A stretch of 64,000 nt of DNA from a bacterium (GCA_017557885.1 JAFYXV010000009.1:27049-91048); one strand, 5' to 3'. Numbered from the stretch's first letter, positions 17,997 through 26,540 are shown. Notes: a model not told the origin generated them from the sequence alone. Numbers and translations are program-made.

Positions 17997-18593
17997 TTAC
18001 TTCTGGGGGCATTCGCACTTTTCGCTGTCTTCCCAAATGCAGGGGAGCTTCGGCCAGCAGTCTTCTTCCCAAACCGGGGTCAGGCTGACGGCATCATAGA
18101 AGCTGTTTTCAGCAAAGCCGAAGAGCAGGCAATCGGAGAGACCGCAAAGGAAGCGGGCAGTGCCGATGAAAACGCCTTCAGCGGCGCCAAGAACGAAACC
18201 GAAGATCGGAACAGCAGCGCTGCCCATGAAAGCTTCTTCAGTCACTTCAGCGGGGCTGGCGACCATGTTGTCGATGCCGCGGGCCCAAGCTTTGTTGATC
18301 TTGAACCAAATGTTCTCGGTGGTCTTGGGTTCGGGCTTGCAGGGCTGGCAGGGCTGGCAGCAGTTCACGAAAGTGAAACCGCAGCAGGGGCTGCAGGGCT
18401 GGCAAACGGGCTTGGCGCAAGTCCCGCAAGAAACGACGTTCAGATTGCAGGGCTGGCAGGGGGTTTTCTCGACGCACTTGTAGTTCACGGCGACCTGCTG
18501 ACCGCAGGAGCCATCGTTGCACTGCATTTCGACTTCAGCGAAAGCGGTGCCAACAAAAGCGACCAGAACCAAGAGGGTCATGAGTTTCTTCAT
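17997..18593 (-). CDS. secreted Cys-rich (CQPC-repeat) protein with a C-terminal TIGR04073-like (exosortase-associated) domain
   Basis: The ATG at 18593 gives the signal peptide MKKLMTLLVLVAFVGTAFA. There are 15 Cys in 61 aa (CQPC, CSPCC, NCCQPCQPC). The C-terminal RGIDNMVASPAEV...GFVLGAAEGVFIGTARFLCGLSDCLLFGF resembles my recollection of the TIGR04073 pattern (RG..N......E.P ... G..kG......R...G..e..tFPF). Confidence 0.55.
   Translation of the reverse strand: MKKLMTLLVLVAFVGTAFAEVEMQCNDGSCGQQVAVNYKCVEKTPCQPCNLNVVSCGTCAKPVCQPCSPCCGFTFVNCCQPCQPCKPEPKTTENIWFKINKAWARGIDNMVASPAEVTEEAFMGSAAVPIFGFVLGAAEGVFIGTARFLCGLSDCLLFGFAENSFYDAVSLTPVWEEDCWPKLPCIWEDSEKCECPQK
18338..18458 (-). repeat. in-frame short DNA repeat encoding CQPC
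   Basis: The 13-mer TGCAGGGCTGGCA occurs at 18338-18350, 18392-18404 and 18446-18458, with a partial copy GGGCTGGCA at 18351-18359. On the coding strand this reads TGCCAGCCCTGCA. Confidence 0.85.
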
Positions 18594-18682
18594 AGTTTTC
18601 CTTCCTACTTGTTTTGTTGTTGATGTGTTTTCCACCGACTCTAGGAAAAGTCGGAGGCGTTAATTAAAAATTATTTTGCTTT

Positions 18683-18711
18683 ATTCTATCAGATGTGCCC
18701 CCGCAAGTCAA
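18683..18711 (-). promoter_or_regulatory. sigma70-type promoter TTGACT-N17-TAGAAT for the Cys-rich gene
   Basis: The minus strand reads TTGACT tgcgggggcacatctga TAGAAT, directly after the stop of the upstream gene (18715). It predicts a leader of about 80 nt that contains a 9-bp hairpin (18632-18640 / 18649-18657, one mismatch). Confidence 0.55.
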
Positions 18712-18714
18712 TAC

Positions 18715-20088
18715 TCACTCCTCCACCAGGTCAAGCAGGACCCTGAGGTGGAGGGTCTGGCTCTTGGTCATCTTGAGTTTCTCCCCATACTGGGTGACCA
18801 TGACACCGCTTTTGGAATTGTAAAGGGAGAGCCTCAGGCCGTCGTAGGGGTAGTAGCCGTTCTCTGGGGTTTGCGTTTCGGACTGGAAATAGCCTTTCCC
18901 CCTCACCAGCAGAAAATCCCCGGACTTTCTTTGGAGAAGCTTTTGGGGCCCCCTCAGGGGATACCAGGACTCCAGCTGGTTAATTAAGACCACCCCTTCC
19001 TTGGCCACGATGCCCTCGTCGGACCCTTTGACCAGGGAGTAGCCCGGACGTTCCTTTTCCGCCTTGATGGCCACCGGGGCGCCTGCGGGGAATTTTGTGA
19101 CCAGGCTCAGGCAGGACATGACGTCGTGGGAAGTGATGTTTTTGGACATGACGTCGATGGTCAATTCCCCGCTGCGGGGGTTCAGGCGGTAAACGATCAT
19201 GCGCCGGACGCCGTTCAATAGGTCCGGGGCCGCCAGCACTCTTACGGCGCCGTCCTCCTCTATCCGCCATTTCCATTTCTTGGGATCCGCCACTTTGGCC
19301 TTGTAATTGCGGGTGGGGACGATCTCCTCCTCGGGCTGCAGGAAAGACTGCATGGTCCCGCCGAAATTCTCCCGGCTGTCGGGGCCGTAGTGCACCAGCA
19401 TGCCGTGGTGCTCCGGAGCGATCATAACGCAGGCGTAAGCGTTGCTAACGCCGACGAGGGGGCCGTATTCGCTGCCTGTCGGCCTGCAGAAGACCGTCAC
19501 GCCCTGCCTTGTTTCCGTGGGGAAAGCCCGGAAGCTTTCGCTTTTGCACTGGGAAACGTAGTTGGTCCTACCGAAGATCATGGCCTCCCTGAGCCTCACG
19601 CCGCCCTCCAGTTCCGGATCCAAAAGATCAACCACGGCCTCGCTGTCCCCTTCCACGGTTATAGTAAGGTCTTCCGTGCCCTTGAAAGTCTGGTTGACTT
19701 CCTCAAAGGAGCCTTTTTTGATATCCGCTTCCCAGATGGTCTTTTTGTTGCCGCTTATCCTGACTTTGGCCTTGGCTTCCTTCGGCGAGGTCTCGTCCAT
19801 GCAGACGCACATCTTCAGAGTCGTCTTGTCTTGCGGCAAAGAATAGACCAAAATTGCGCTGCCCTTGACGCTCAAGCCCTTCTCAAAGACCGTCCCTCCG
19901 TTCTTAAGACTCTTCCCCTCGAAGGTCTCGTTGCGTGTCACTTTAGGCGCGCCGCCCTTTTGAGCGTAGCACTCCACTCCCACAGGCTCGCTGAGGCTGA
20001 CGTGGGAACGGTCATAGACTCTCTGGTCCACGCTGGCGCAGCCCAAAATTAGCAAAGCCGCGCCGCTAAAGAAAAGAACGTTTTTCAT
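18715..20088 (-). CDS. lipoprotein with an N-terminal NPCBM-like carbohydrate-binding module and a C-terminal beta-sandwich of unknown function
   Basis: The ATG at 20088 (MKNVLFFSGAALLILGC, lipobox) overlaps the upstream stop (ATGA). GKSLKNGGTVFEKGLSVKGSAILVYSL...LKMCVCMDE...AKVRISGNKKTIWE follows the NPCBM pattern (..G..y.kGlg.ha.s...y.l......f...vG.dd......v.f.v..dg). Confidence 0.45.
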   Translation of the reverse strand: MKNVLFFSGAALLILGCASVDQRVYDRSHVSLSEPVGVECYAQKGGAPKVTRNETFEGKSLKNGGTVFEKGLSVKGSAILVYSLPQDKTTLKMCVCMDETSPKEAKAKVRISGNKKTIWEADIKKGSFEEVNQTFKGTEDLTITVEGDSEAVVDLLDPELEGGVRLREAMIFGRTNYVSQCKSESFRAFPTETRQGVTVFCRPTGSEYGPLVGVSNAYACVMIAPEHHGMLVHYGPDSRENFGGTMQSFLQPEEEIVPTRNYKAKVADPKKWKWRIEEDGAVRVLAAPDLLNGVRRMIVYRLNPRSGELTIDVMSKNITSHDVMSCLSLVTKFPAGAPVAIKAEKERPGYSLVKGSDEGIVAKEGVVLINQLESWYPLRGPQKLLQRKSGDFLLVRGKGYFQSETQTPENGYYPYDGLRLSLYNSKSGVMVTQYGEKLKMTKSQTLHLRVLLDLVEE

Positions 20089-22058
20089 TTTTGGATATAC
20101 ATGCCGCTGCACATCTTGAAGAAAGCGCCCTTCTCGCCGACGTCCTTGAGCCAGAAACGCTCGCACATCCCGTTGCCGCCTATTAGGAAATTGCTAAGGA
20201 TGTAAGCTTTGCCGTTCACTATGACTCTTGTCAGCATCTGCTTCTGCAGATTGATGACGAAGATCCAGTCCTGCCAGGACTCGTCAATCCTGGCTTTGGT
20301 CGTGGTTGTCTTCTCTTCGCTGCAGAGCTCCATCTTGCCTTCTTCGGTAACATGAACGTAGAAAAGCGAATCTCCGCTGATATCCTTGACGTCGAAATAA
20401 GTGCTGCCGAGACTGGGTTTCAGTCTGACCCTGAATTCCAGAGTCTTGGCGCTATTATCCTCGGGCTTCAGGGCCATGGGCGCCATAACGCCGCTGCCGC
20501 CGTGATGGGACCACAAGACTTTCCCCTCCTCGGGATCTTCCACTATTTCGCCCTGAGTGTCGCTGTCAAGCGGCATAAAGCCAAACTGTTTGTCGACCTT
20601 GCCCAGTTCGAAATCGCTGAAATCATATTTCCTGCTGGAGGCGGAAGGAATGGGCGCCGTCAGAGTGACGGTGCTGTAATTTCCGTAGGAGTCGATGGCG
20701 TCGATCTGCACCATGCCCTTGTCATAGAGTTTCAGGGCTTCAAAAATGTTGATCTTCGCGACCTTTTCCGTGTAGGGGGCGGGATAGTAATGCGTCTGTT
20801 CGAGAGAGCAGACGAAGAACGGGTCGGTTATGGTGTACCATACGAGACCGTTTTCAGCCTCGATCTTAACGGTCTCCCTGTCCTCTTCCAAGGTAATAGA
20901 AGGGCCCTTCTCGCTGACAAGCCCTTTCACCTCATTGAAGAAAGGCGAAACGTTCAACCAGGCCGTTTCGGGCTTGTTCCAGCAATACTCCTCTTCCTCG
21001 CTGAAATAATAGTTCGTGGGGCAGCGCGCGGTCGGCGTCTCATAGAAAGTAAAGATCCTGTTGATGTGGTCGCCCGCCCTGGCCATGATGCCCGGGCCCT
21101 CGATGTGAGGCAGCCCGAAGCTGTGCCCCAGTTCATGCTGGTAAGCGCCCAGAGTCGTGGCCACATGGCCCCACTGGACGTCCCTCCACACGGAGTCGTT
21201 GTTCGGTGAAGTGATCGGCGTGTTGTTAGTGAAAGCCTGGACCACGTCGGCAAGCGAAGAGGGCCAGCCGTAGAGGCCGTTGGCGCCGAACTGGCCGAGG
21301 AGCTGGCCGCCCAGGGCCGTGTTACCCGATAGTTTTCCGTTCCTTAGCATCTGGGTGTTGCAAAGCCCCGTGATGTGGCGGTTGCCTTTCCCTTCGTTGC
21401 CTTTTCCCACCGTGCGCAAAAATTCCTCGTAAAGCTTGTCTTCGTTGAAGTCGTCGTTCAAACGGCGCCATTCGTTGATCTCCGCTCTGGAATATTTGCT
21501 CGTGATGATCTGCACGTCTATTTCGCCGTCCTTATCGAGATAGAAGCTGAAGGTCTTCCTCGGATACCCGTTTCTGACCAAGCTGTCGGCGCTGTAGGAC
21601 TGCAGAAGTTCCAGGGACGTGCGGTACTTCTTCAGCCAGAGGTCCGGATCCTCTTCCTGGGGATCGTTGTCAAGATTCGAGAGATATTTCCTGTCGCCGG
21701 TGTTGTCCACCAGATAATAAGCCTGGTAGAGGTAATCCGTCTTCGGGCGTTCGTAATTCAGGGTAATATTGCAGACTGTTTCCCCGCTCTTGATCTCGAT
21801 GTCGTTCTTGCCGAATTTAAGCTTGGTCCAGCCTTTAAAGCGTCCCTTGTAAGCCGGGCACTGCAGCGACTCTCCCGTCGTCTTGTTCAGGACCGTTACT
21901 TCAACGATGTCAGAGGGGCAGTGTCCGCGGAACAGCGGCACGGGATAAGTTATCCTTTCGCCGTCTTTGAAATTGTCCACGACGATAGGCGAATTATCCT
22001 TTTTCCCGCAGGCGGAAAAAAGCGCGCAGAGCGCCAAAAGCAGAAGTACTTTTTTCAT
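20085..22058 (-). CDS. lipoprotein zinc metalloprotease (HExxHxxGxxH, metzincin-type) with a C-terminal lectin-like module
   Basis: The ATG at 22058 gives MKKVLLLLALCALFSACGKKDNS (probable lipobox). HELGHSFGLPH is at 21105-21137, followed by GIMARA. The N-terminal 330 aa are collinear with the upstream paralog. Confidence 0.7.
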   Translation of the reverse strand: MKKVLLLLALCALFSACGKKDNSPIVVDNFKDGERITYPVPLFRGHCPSDIVEVTVLNKTTGESLQCPAYKGRFKGWTKLKFGKNDIEIKSGETVCNITLNYERPKTDYLYQAYYLVDNTGDRKYLSNLDNDPQEEDPDLWLKKYRTSLELLQSYSADSLVRNGYPRKTFSFYLDKDGEIDVQIITSKYSRAEINEWRRLNDDFNEDKLYEEFLRTVGKGNEGKGNRHITGLCNTQMLRNGKLSGNTALGGQLLGQFGANGLYGWPSSLADVVQAFTNNTPITSPNNDSVWRDVQWGHVATTLGAYQHELGHSFGLPHIEGPGIMARAGDHINRIFTFYETPTARCPTNYYFSEEEEYCWNKPETAWLNVSPFFNEVKGLVSEKGPSITLEEDRETVKIEAENGLVWYTITDPFFVCSLEQTHYYPAPYTEKVAKINIFEALKLYDKGMVQIDAIDSYGNYSTVTLTAPIPSASSRKYDFSDFELGKVDKQFGFMPLDSDTQGEIVEDPEEGKVLWSHHGGSGVMAPMALKPEDNSAKTLEFRVRLKPSLGSTYFDVKDISGDSLFYVHVTEEGKMELCSEEKTTTTKARIDESWQDWIFVINLQKQMLTRVIVNGKAYILSNFLIGGNGMCERFWLKDVGEKGAFFKMCSGMYIQK

Positions 22059-22086
22059 ATGTTTCCTTAATGATATTAATTGCAAA

Positions 22087-25000
22087 TCATGCTCTCTTTC
22101 TCAGGAACGCAAGCGACAAGAGCGCCAGCAGAGCGATGAGGCCAGGCTCGGGGATCTGAGGTCCGAGTTCGATCCTCAGTTTCGAGATCTCGACTCTGTC
22201 GTTGTCCTTGGAGCCGTAGATCCTGAATTTATTTATCGTATCGACCGGCGAGAGAGCCTCTCCGGTCATCTCTTCATTTATGAAAGAGGTCTTCCCGGCG
22301 AACGTCACTTCCCTCAGGTATTTTTTATCCGCTCCGATGCTGGAGATGACGTTGAGGTCGATAAATTCCCCGCACTCACCCTTCCAGGTTATGAGGCCCG
22401 GCCTTGAAGCGAAATCGGACATTGAAAGCCTCACTTGCCCGTTATCCACTCTCAGAGCGCTCTGGCACTGACGGCTCTCGGCGTCCTGGGTAAGATAGAA
22501 GAGCCCTTTCTGCGTCGAGGAGAGTTTCAATTCGGCGGTCATATAGAGATCAAGAGAATCGCTCACTCCGGAGGGAGACTGCAGGCTGCAGAACGCTCCG
22601 ATATCGTCCTGGGCAACGCCTTCTCCGGAGCCGCTGGTGAAGACAAGGCGCTTCGCGTTCGTGTAAGGCAGATCAAGCGTCGCCTCGTCCTCCACGGTCG
22701 CCACGAGGTCAACGCAGACGTCGTCCAGGCAAAGCGCGCCGCTTCCCCACTGGAAGAACCTTACGGCCGTAAAGACGTCACCGGGCTGTTCCTGGCTGCA
22801 AAGGGCGCGGCAGTTTTCTGTTTGCCCGTTGATGCTCACCTGCCTGAGGACGTGCCTGTACTTGCCGTCGCTGTCCGTTATGTGGGCGGCGTCGTAGATA
22901 AGCTCAAGGTCGGCCCAGGCGCCGGGAGCGATGGACCCGCTGGAATGGAATTCAGTGTGAGTCTCGTCGGAGGCCTGACTGTTCACATGATATGCCCCGT
23001 TTTCGTAGGTAAGCTGGTTTTCCACGATGGAGGGATCCCAGAGACCGATGTTTTTCGAAATATCGCCTTCGGGGCAGACGCGGCAGCGGATCCTGATGTA
23101 GCGGCCGGCGTAGCTTCTGCACCAGCCCTCGTCAAATTCCGGCAAGCCCAGATGCACGCCCCACAAGCCGTCGGTGTTGCCCAGCCTCAGGTAGCGGCTG
23201 CCTTCGCTGTCTTCCTTGATGACGGCGTTGCCGTTGACTTTGTTTTCGCCGTAGGCAGCATACCAGCCGCCTTTGCCGATCATGTCAGTTCCGTTGTTAT
23301 AAGTTTCAAAGTTTTCGTTGACCAAACGTTTGAAGACGAACTTGTCGCCCTCGTTCTCCGCCACTTCCAGCTTGTTGCCGGAGGAGAGACTCCAGTTGAC
23401 GTCGCAGATCGGTCCGGTCGGCTCGTCGCTGCCGAATTCGTAAAGCACCCACCCTTCCTTCTTGCTGCCGCAGGGGCAGCCGAAGCGCAGGTATTTTTCC
23501 TCGCCGTTCAGCCTGACCCAGAGAACGCCGGTGGCGTATTTTTTCTCGTTGATGTCGCCGTTGTATGTCACGGTGACCTTCGCCGTATCGTTCAGGACGC
23601 CCTTGTTGCTGGAAAGGCTGAAGTCGCCTTCCGCGATCCCGACGCTGAAGGGAAGCCCCTCGCAGCCGAATTCGTTTTTAAGATTGAGATTGCTGCTGTA
23701 TTTTCCTTTCTTGAAGGGCGCCATCGAGGCCGTCCATCTCGGGATGTCGTAATTTACGCTGACTCTGATGTCGTCGAAGTCCGAGCCGCCGCTGGTAGAG
23801 TCTCTGAGCACAAGGCTCTGCACCAGAGGATAAGAGGATCTGATCGGCACGCCCAGATCCTTTATATCTCCGTTGACGGACATCCAGACCAGAACTTTAT
23901 GCTTCACGTCGATGCGCCAGGCCCAGGTCTGCCAGCCGCTTTCGACTTTTCCCCAGGAATAGTATCCGCCGGAATAACTGATGCTGACGGTGCCGTCCCT
24001 GTCCGTGTGGATGTAGAACATGTTCTCGTCGAAACTGGAGTTGGTCAGATAGAGCCCGCCGAAACCGGGGCGGATGCGCACAGAGACGTCGATGTAATGT
24101 TCGTTGGTGTCTTCGTCGCCGACCCAGACCGGGAAAAACATTCCGTTCCAGTAGCCGTCGTAAGCGTGCATGTAATAGTTCCCGTTCTCCTCTTTAATTT
24201 CGCCGTCGCCGCCCATGGAATACATTCCCATCTGTCCGTCGGCGTCGCCGAGATGGTAGCCTTCCTCGGCTTCGAAGCCGCAGTATTTCTCCTTGACGAG
24301 GTCCTGCACCGGGCGAACGGTAATGCTTCTCTCGTTGCCGTAAATGTCGAAGACATCCACGCTGGCATATGAGGTCTTGCTCTTGCCGCAGATATTCATG
24401 ATATCGTCCACGTTCAGGATGATCTCTTTGACGCTGCCGTCAAGATTCTGCGGGAAGCACCAGTCCGTCAGGATCCAGTCCTGCCAGTTGGGCCAGAAAC
24501 CGTACCAGGCGATGCCGTTCTCCGAGGAGATCTTAAGCTGCTTGGTGTTGATCATCTTCAGCTTGATATCATTGGGAGGCAACTCCCCTTTCTGCTCCCT
24601 GAAGAAGGGCGAAGTCAAAAGGCGGTGCATCTCGTTGATGCTCCAGGAGGACTCCTCATTGGCGTTGAAATAATACGGCGTGGAGCGGTTGGCGTTGGGA
24701 GGCTCCACCACCGTGTAGTTGCGGTTCATGACAGCGTAGGCGCGGGCCATGACGCCGTAGTACATGTTGCCTTCGATGTGCGGAAGCCCGAAGCCGTGGC
24801 CCGCCTCGTGCAGCCAGGCGCCCAAAGTCGTGGCGGCCTGGCCAAAGCTGACTTTTCTGCCTTCCGAGTCGTCCATGGAAGGCTTGGTGGGATAAGTGTC
24901 GCTGAAGGCCGCGACCACGTTCTGCAGACTGTCGGGCCAGCAATAAAGACCGGTCGATCCGAACATGCCGAGAAGGCCGCCGCCCAGAGCCGCGCTGCCG

Positions 25001-25728
25001 ATTACTTTTCCGTTCACCATCATGTCGGTGTTGGCAATGCCGATGATCTTGCGTTTGCCGCCGCCCCTGTCAGAGCCCAGCAGATCAACGAAGTGGTCGT
25101 AGATCAATCCGCCGTCGAACTCTCCGTCCACCGTGCAGCGCTCTATAAGTTCCGCCCTGGTGTACTGGCTGGTGACGACCTGGATATGCACGTTGTTGCC
25201 CTCCATGGCGAGGTTGAAGGTCCTGTGTCCGTAGCCCAGCCTGTAGGCGCTATCGGCGGTATAGCTCTGGTTGATAAGAACGGAGGTGTTCAGTTTCTTC
25301 TTCCAGAGGTCGGGATCCGAAAACTGCGGGTCCTCGGATTCCGGAAGGTTGGAGACGTAATGCGTGTCGGCGTTCTTGTCCACCATGATATAGACGTAAG
25401 TAAGATACTCCGTATCCGCGGGCCGATAAGTCAGCTTTATTCTCTTGCTCTCGGAGCCGACCGTAACCAAGATAGTGTTCTCGCCTTCCACCAAGTGCGT
25501 CAGGACTTTGTAGCGTCCTGACCTGGCCGCTCCCGGCACTTCCTCCCCTGTCGTCTCGTTCAGCGACTTGCACTCCAGTTCACCGGCGGCGCATTGTCCG
25601 CGCAACAGTGGCACGCAGTAGCTGAGGACTTCCCCTTCCTCAAAGTTGTTGACAGTGACAGCGGCGGCGCAACTTAGCGCACCGCCCAAACAAGCAAACG
25701 CAAAAAGCAAGGCAAGATGTTTTTTCAT
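22087..25728 (-). CDS. large secreted zinc metalloprotease (HExxHxxGxxH) with three lectin/LamG-like modules and a PEP-CTERM sorting tail
   Basis: It has a signal peptide, and HEAGHGFGLPH at 24778-24810. Module endings recur (..VNGD.., ..INGQ.., DDIRVSV / DDVCVDL / SKLRIEL). The C-terminus is PQIPEPGLIALLALLSLAFLRKRA. Length is 1213 aa. Confidence 0.75.
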   Translation of the reverse strand: MKKHLALLFAFACLGGALSCAAAVTVNNFEEGEVLSYCVPLLRGQCAAGELECKSLNETTGEEVPGAARSGRYKVLTHLVEGENTILVTVGSESKRIKLTYRPADTEYLTYVYIMVDKNADTHYVSNLPESEDPQFSDPDLWKKKLNTSVLINQSYTADSAYRLGYGHRTFNLAMEGNNVHIQVVTSQYTRAELIERCTVDGEFDGGLIYDHFVDLLGSDRGGGKRKIIGIANTDMMVNGKVIGSAALGGGLLGMFGSTGLYCWPDSLQNVVAAFSDTYPTKPSMDDSEGRKVSFGQAATTLGAWLHEAGHGFGLPHIEGNMYYGVMARAYAVMNRNYTVVEPPNANRSTPYYFNANEESSWSINEMHRLLTSPFFREQKGELPPNDIKLKMINTKQLKISSENGIAWYGFWPNWQDWILTDWCFPQNLDGSVKEIILNVDDIMNICGKSKTSYASVDVFDIYGNERSITVRPVQDLVKEKYCGFEAEEGYHLGDADGQMGMYSMGGDGEIKEENGNYYMHAYDGYWNGMFFPVWVGDEDTNEHYIDVSVRIRPGFGGLYLTNSSFDENMFYIHTDRDGTVSISYSGGYYSWGKVESGWQTWAWRIDVKHKVLVWMSVNGDIKDLGVPIRSSYPLVQSLVLRDSTSGGSDFDDIRVSVNYDIPRWTASMAPFKKGKYSSNLNLKNEFGCEGLPFSVGIAEGDFSLSSNKGVLNDTAKVTVTYNGDINEKKYATGVLWVRLNGEEKYLRFGCPCGSKKEGWVLYEFGSDEPTGPICDVNWSLSSGNKLEVAENEGDKFVFKRLVNENFETYNNGTDMIGKGGWYAAYGENKVNGNAVIKEDSEGSRYLRLGNTDGLWGVHLGLPEFDEGWCRSYAGRYIRIRCRVCPEGDISKNIGLWDPSIVENQLTYENGAYHVNSQASDETHTEFHSSGSIAPGAWADLELIYDAAHITDSDGKYRHVLRQVSINGQTENCRALCSQEQPGDVFTAVRFFQWGSGALCLDDVCVDLVATVEDEATLDLPYTNAKRLVFTSGSGEGVAQDDIGAFCSLQSPSGVSDSLDLYMTAELKLSSTQKGLFYLTQDAESRQCQSALRVDNGQVRLSMSDFASRPGLITWKGECGEFIDLNVISSIGADKKYLREVTFAGKTSFINEEMTGEALSPVDTINKFRIYGSKDNDRVEISKLRIELGPQIPEPGLIALLALLSLAFLRKRA
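22090..22161 (-). other. PEP-CTERM sorting signal (exosortase substrate tail)
   Basis: It has a PEP motif, a 15-residue hydrophobic helix and a basic RKR cluster, and it ends the ORF (IPEPGLIALLALLSLAFLRKRA*). Confidence 0.8.
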
Positions 25729-25770
25729 GGCATTTAGTGATGTTTTTTAGCGATTAATAGACTTTTTTTT

Positions 25771-25779
25771 ATTTTAGCA
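25771..25779 (-). promoter_or_regulatory. extended -10 promoter element TGCTAAAAT (T-rich upstream) for the metalloprotease operon
   Basis: The minus strand reads TTTTTGCTAAAAT, with the -10 ending 42 nt upstream of the ATG at 25728. Confidence 0.5.
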
Positions 25780-25852
25780 AAAAAAGGGGCGAAAAATATA
25801 ACATCGAAACTCTTCAGACTAGTCTTCAGATCAAACTCATCTGGGGCCATTA

Positions 25853-25861
25853 TGGTATAAT
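25853..25861 (+). promoter_or_regulatory. extended -10 promoter element TGGTATAAT for the yggS operon (predicts a leaderless mRNA)
   Basis: The sequence is TTATGGTATAAT. Only 7 nt (ttcaaat) separate the -10 from the ATG at 25869, and no Shine-Dalgarno is possible. Confidence 0.55.
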
Positions 25862-25868
25862 TTCAAAT

Positions 25869-26525
25869 ATGAGTAATATCTCGGTTAATTACAAAAATTT
25901 GATCGATGAGATCGGGAATCGCGCCTCCCTTGTCGCCGTAACGAAACTGCATGAGGTTCCGGAGATCGAGGAACTTTTAAATTGCGGAGCGCGCTTGGTT
26001 GGCGAGAACCGCGTGGAGGAAGTGGAGAGAAAATACGGAGACGGCGCGCTAAGGAAGCGCTATCCCGGGCTTGAACTCCACTTGATCGGACATTTGCAGA
26101 GCAGGAAAGCGAAAAGGGCCGTCGAATTGTGCGACTGCATCGACTCCGTGGATTCTCTGGAGCTGGCGGAAAAACTTTCCCGCTGCGCCATCGAAGTTGG
26201 CAAGACAATGAGGATCATGCTGGAAGTGAATGTCAGCGGCGAAGAGCAGAAATACGGCCTTGATCCGGAAGACGTTTTGTCGGTCGCCAAAGCCGTCGCC
26301 AAGTTGCCGAATCTCGAATTGTACGGTTTGATGTGCATGGCGCCTTTCGTTGAGGACGACGATCTCATCCGGGGCGTTTTTGCCGGACTGAGAAAATTGC
26401 GGGACGAAGTTAAAGCAAGCGTCCCAGCCTGCGCCAAACTGAGCATGGGCATGAGCCACGACTACAAGTTGGCGCTGATGGAAGGCACTGATTTTTTAAG
26501 AATAGGCAGCAGCCTTTTCGCCTGA
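25869..26525 (+). CDS. yggS: YggS-family pyridoxal-phosphate homeostasis protein
   Basis: VAVTKLHEV..., RLVGENRVEE and HLIGHLQSRKAK match the YggS/PROSC signature. Length is 218 aa. Confidence 0.9.
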   Translation: MSNISVNYKNLIDEIGNRASLVAVTKLHEVPEIEELLNCGARLVGENRVEEVERKYGDGALRKRYPGLELHLIGHLQSRKAKRAVELCDCIDSVDSLELAEKLSRCAIEVGKTMRIMLEVNVSGEEQKYGLDPEDVLSVAKAVAKLPNLELYGLMCMAPFVEDDDLIRGVFAGLRKLRDEVKASVPACAKLSMGMSHDYKLALMEGTDFLRIGSSLFA

Positions 26526-26540
26526 AATAAAGGAAAATTT

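Noticed and set aside
22435-24372. A 645-aa plus-strand ORF (plus 24625..25521) opposite the PEP-CTERM metalloprotease
   Set aside because: It is an antisense shadow ORF in GC-rich DNA. The minus-strand frame has a signal peptide, a HExxH motif, repeated modules and a sorting tail.
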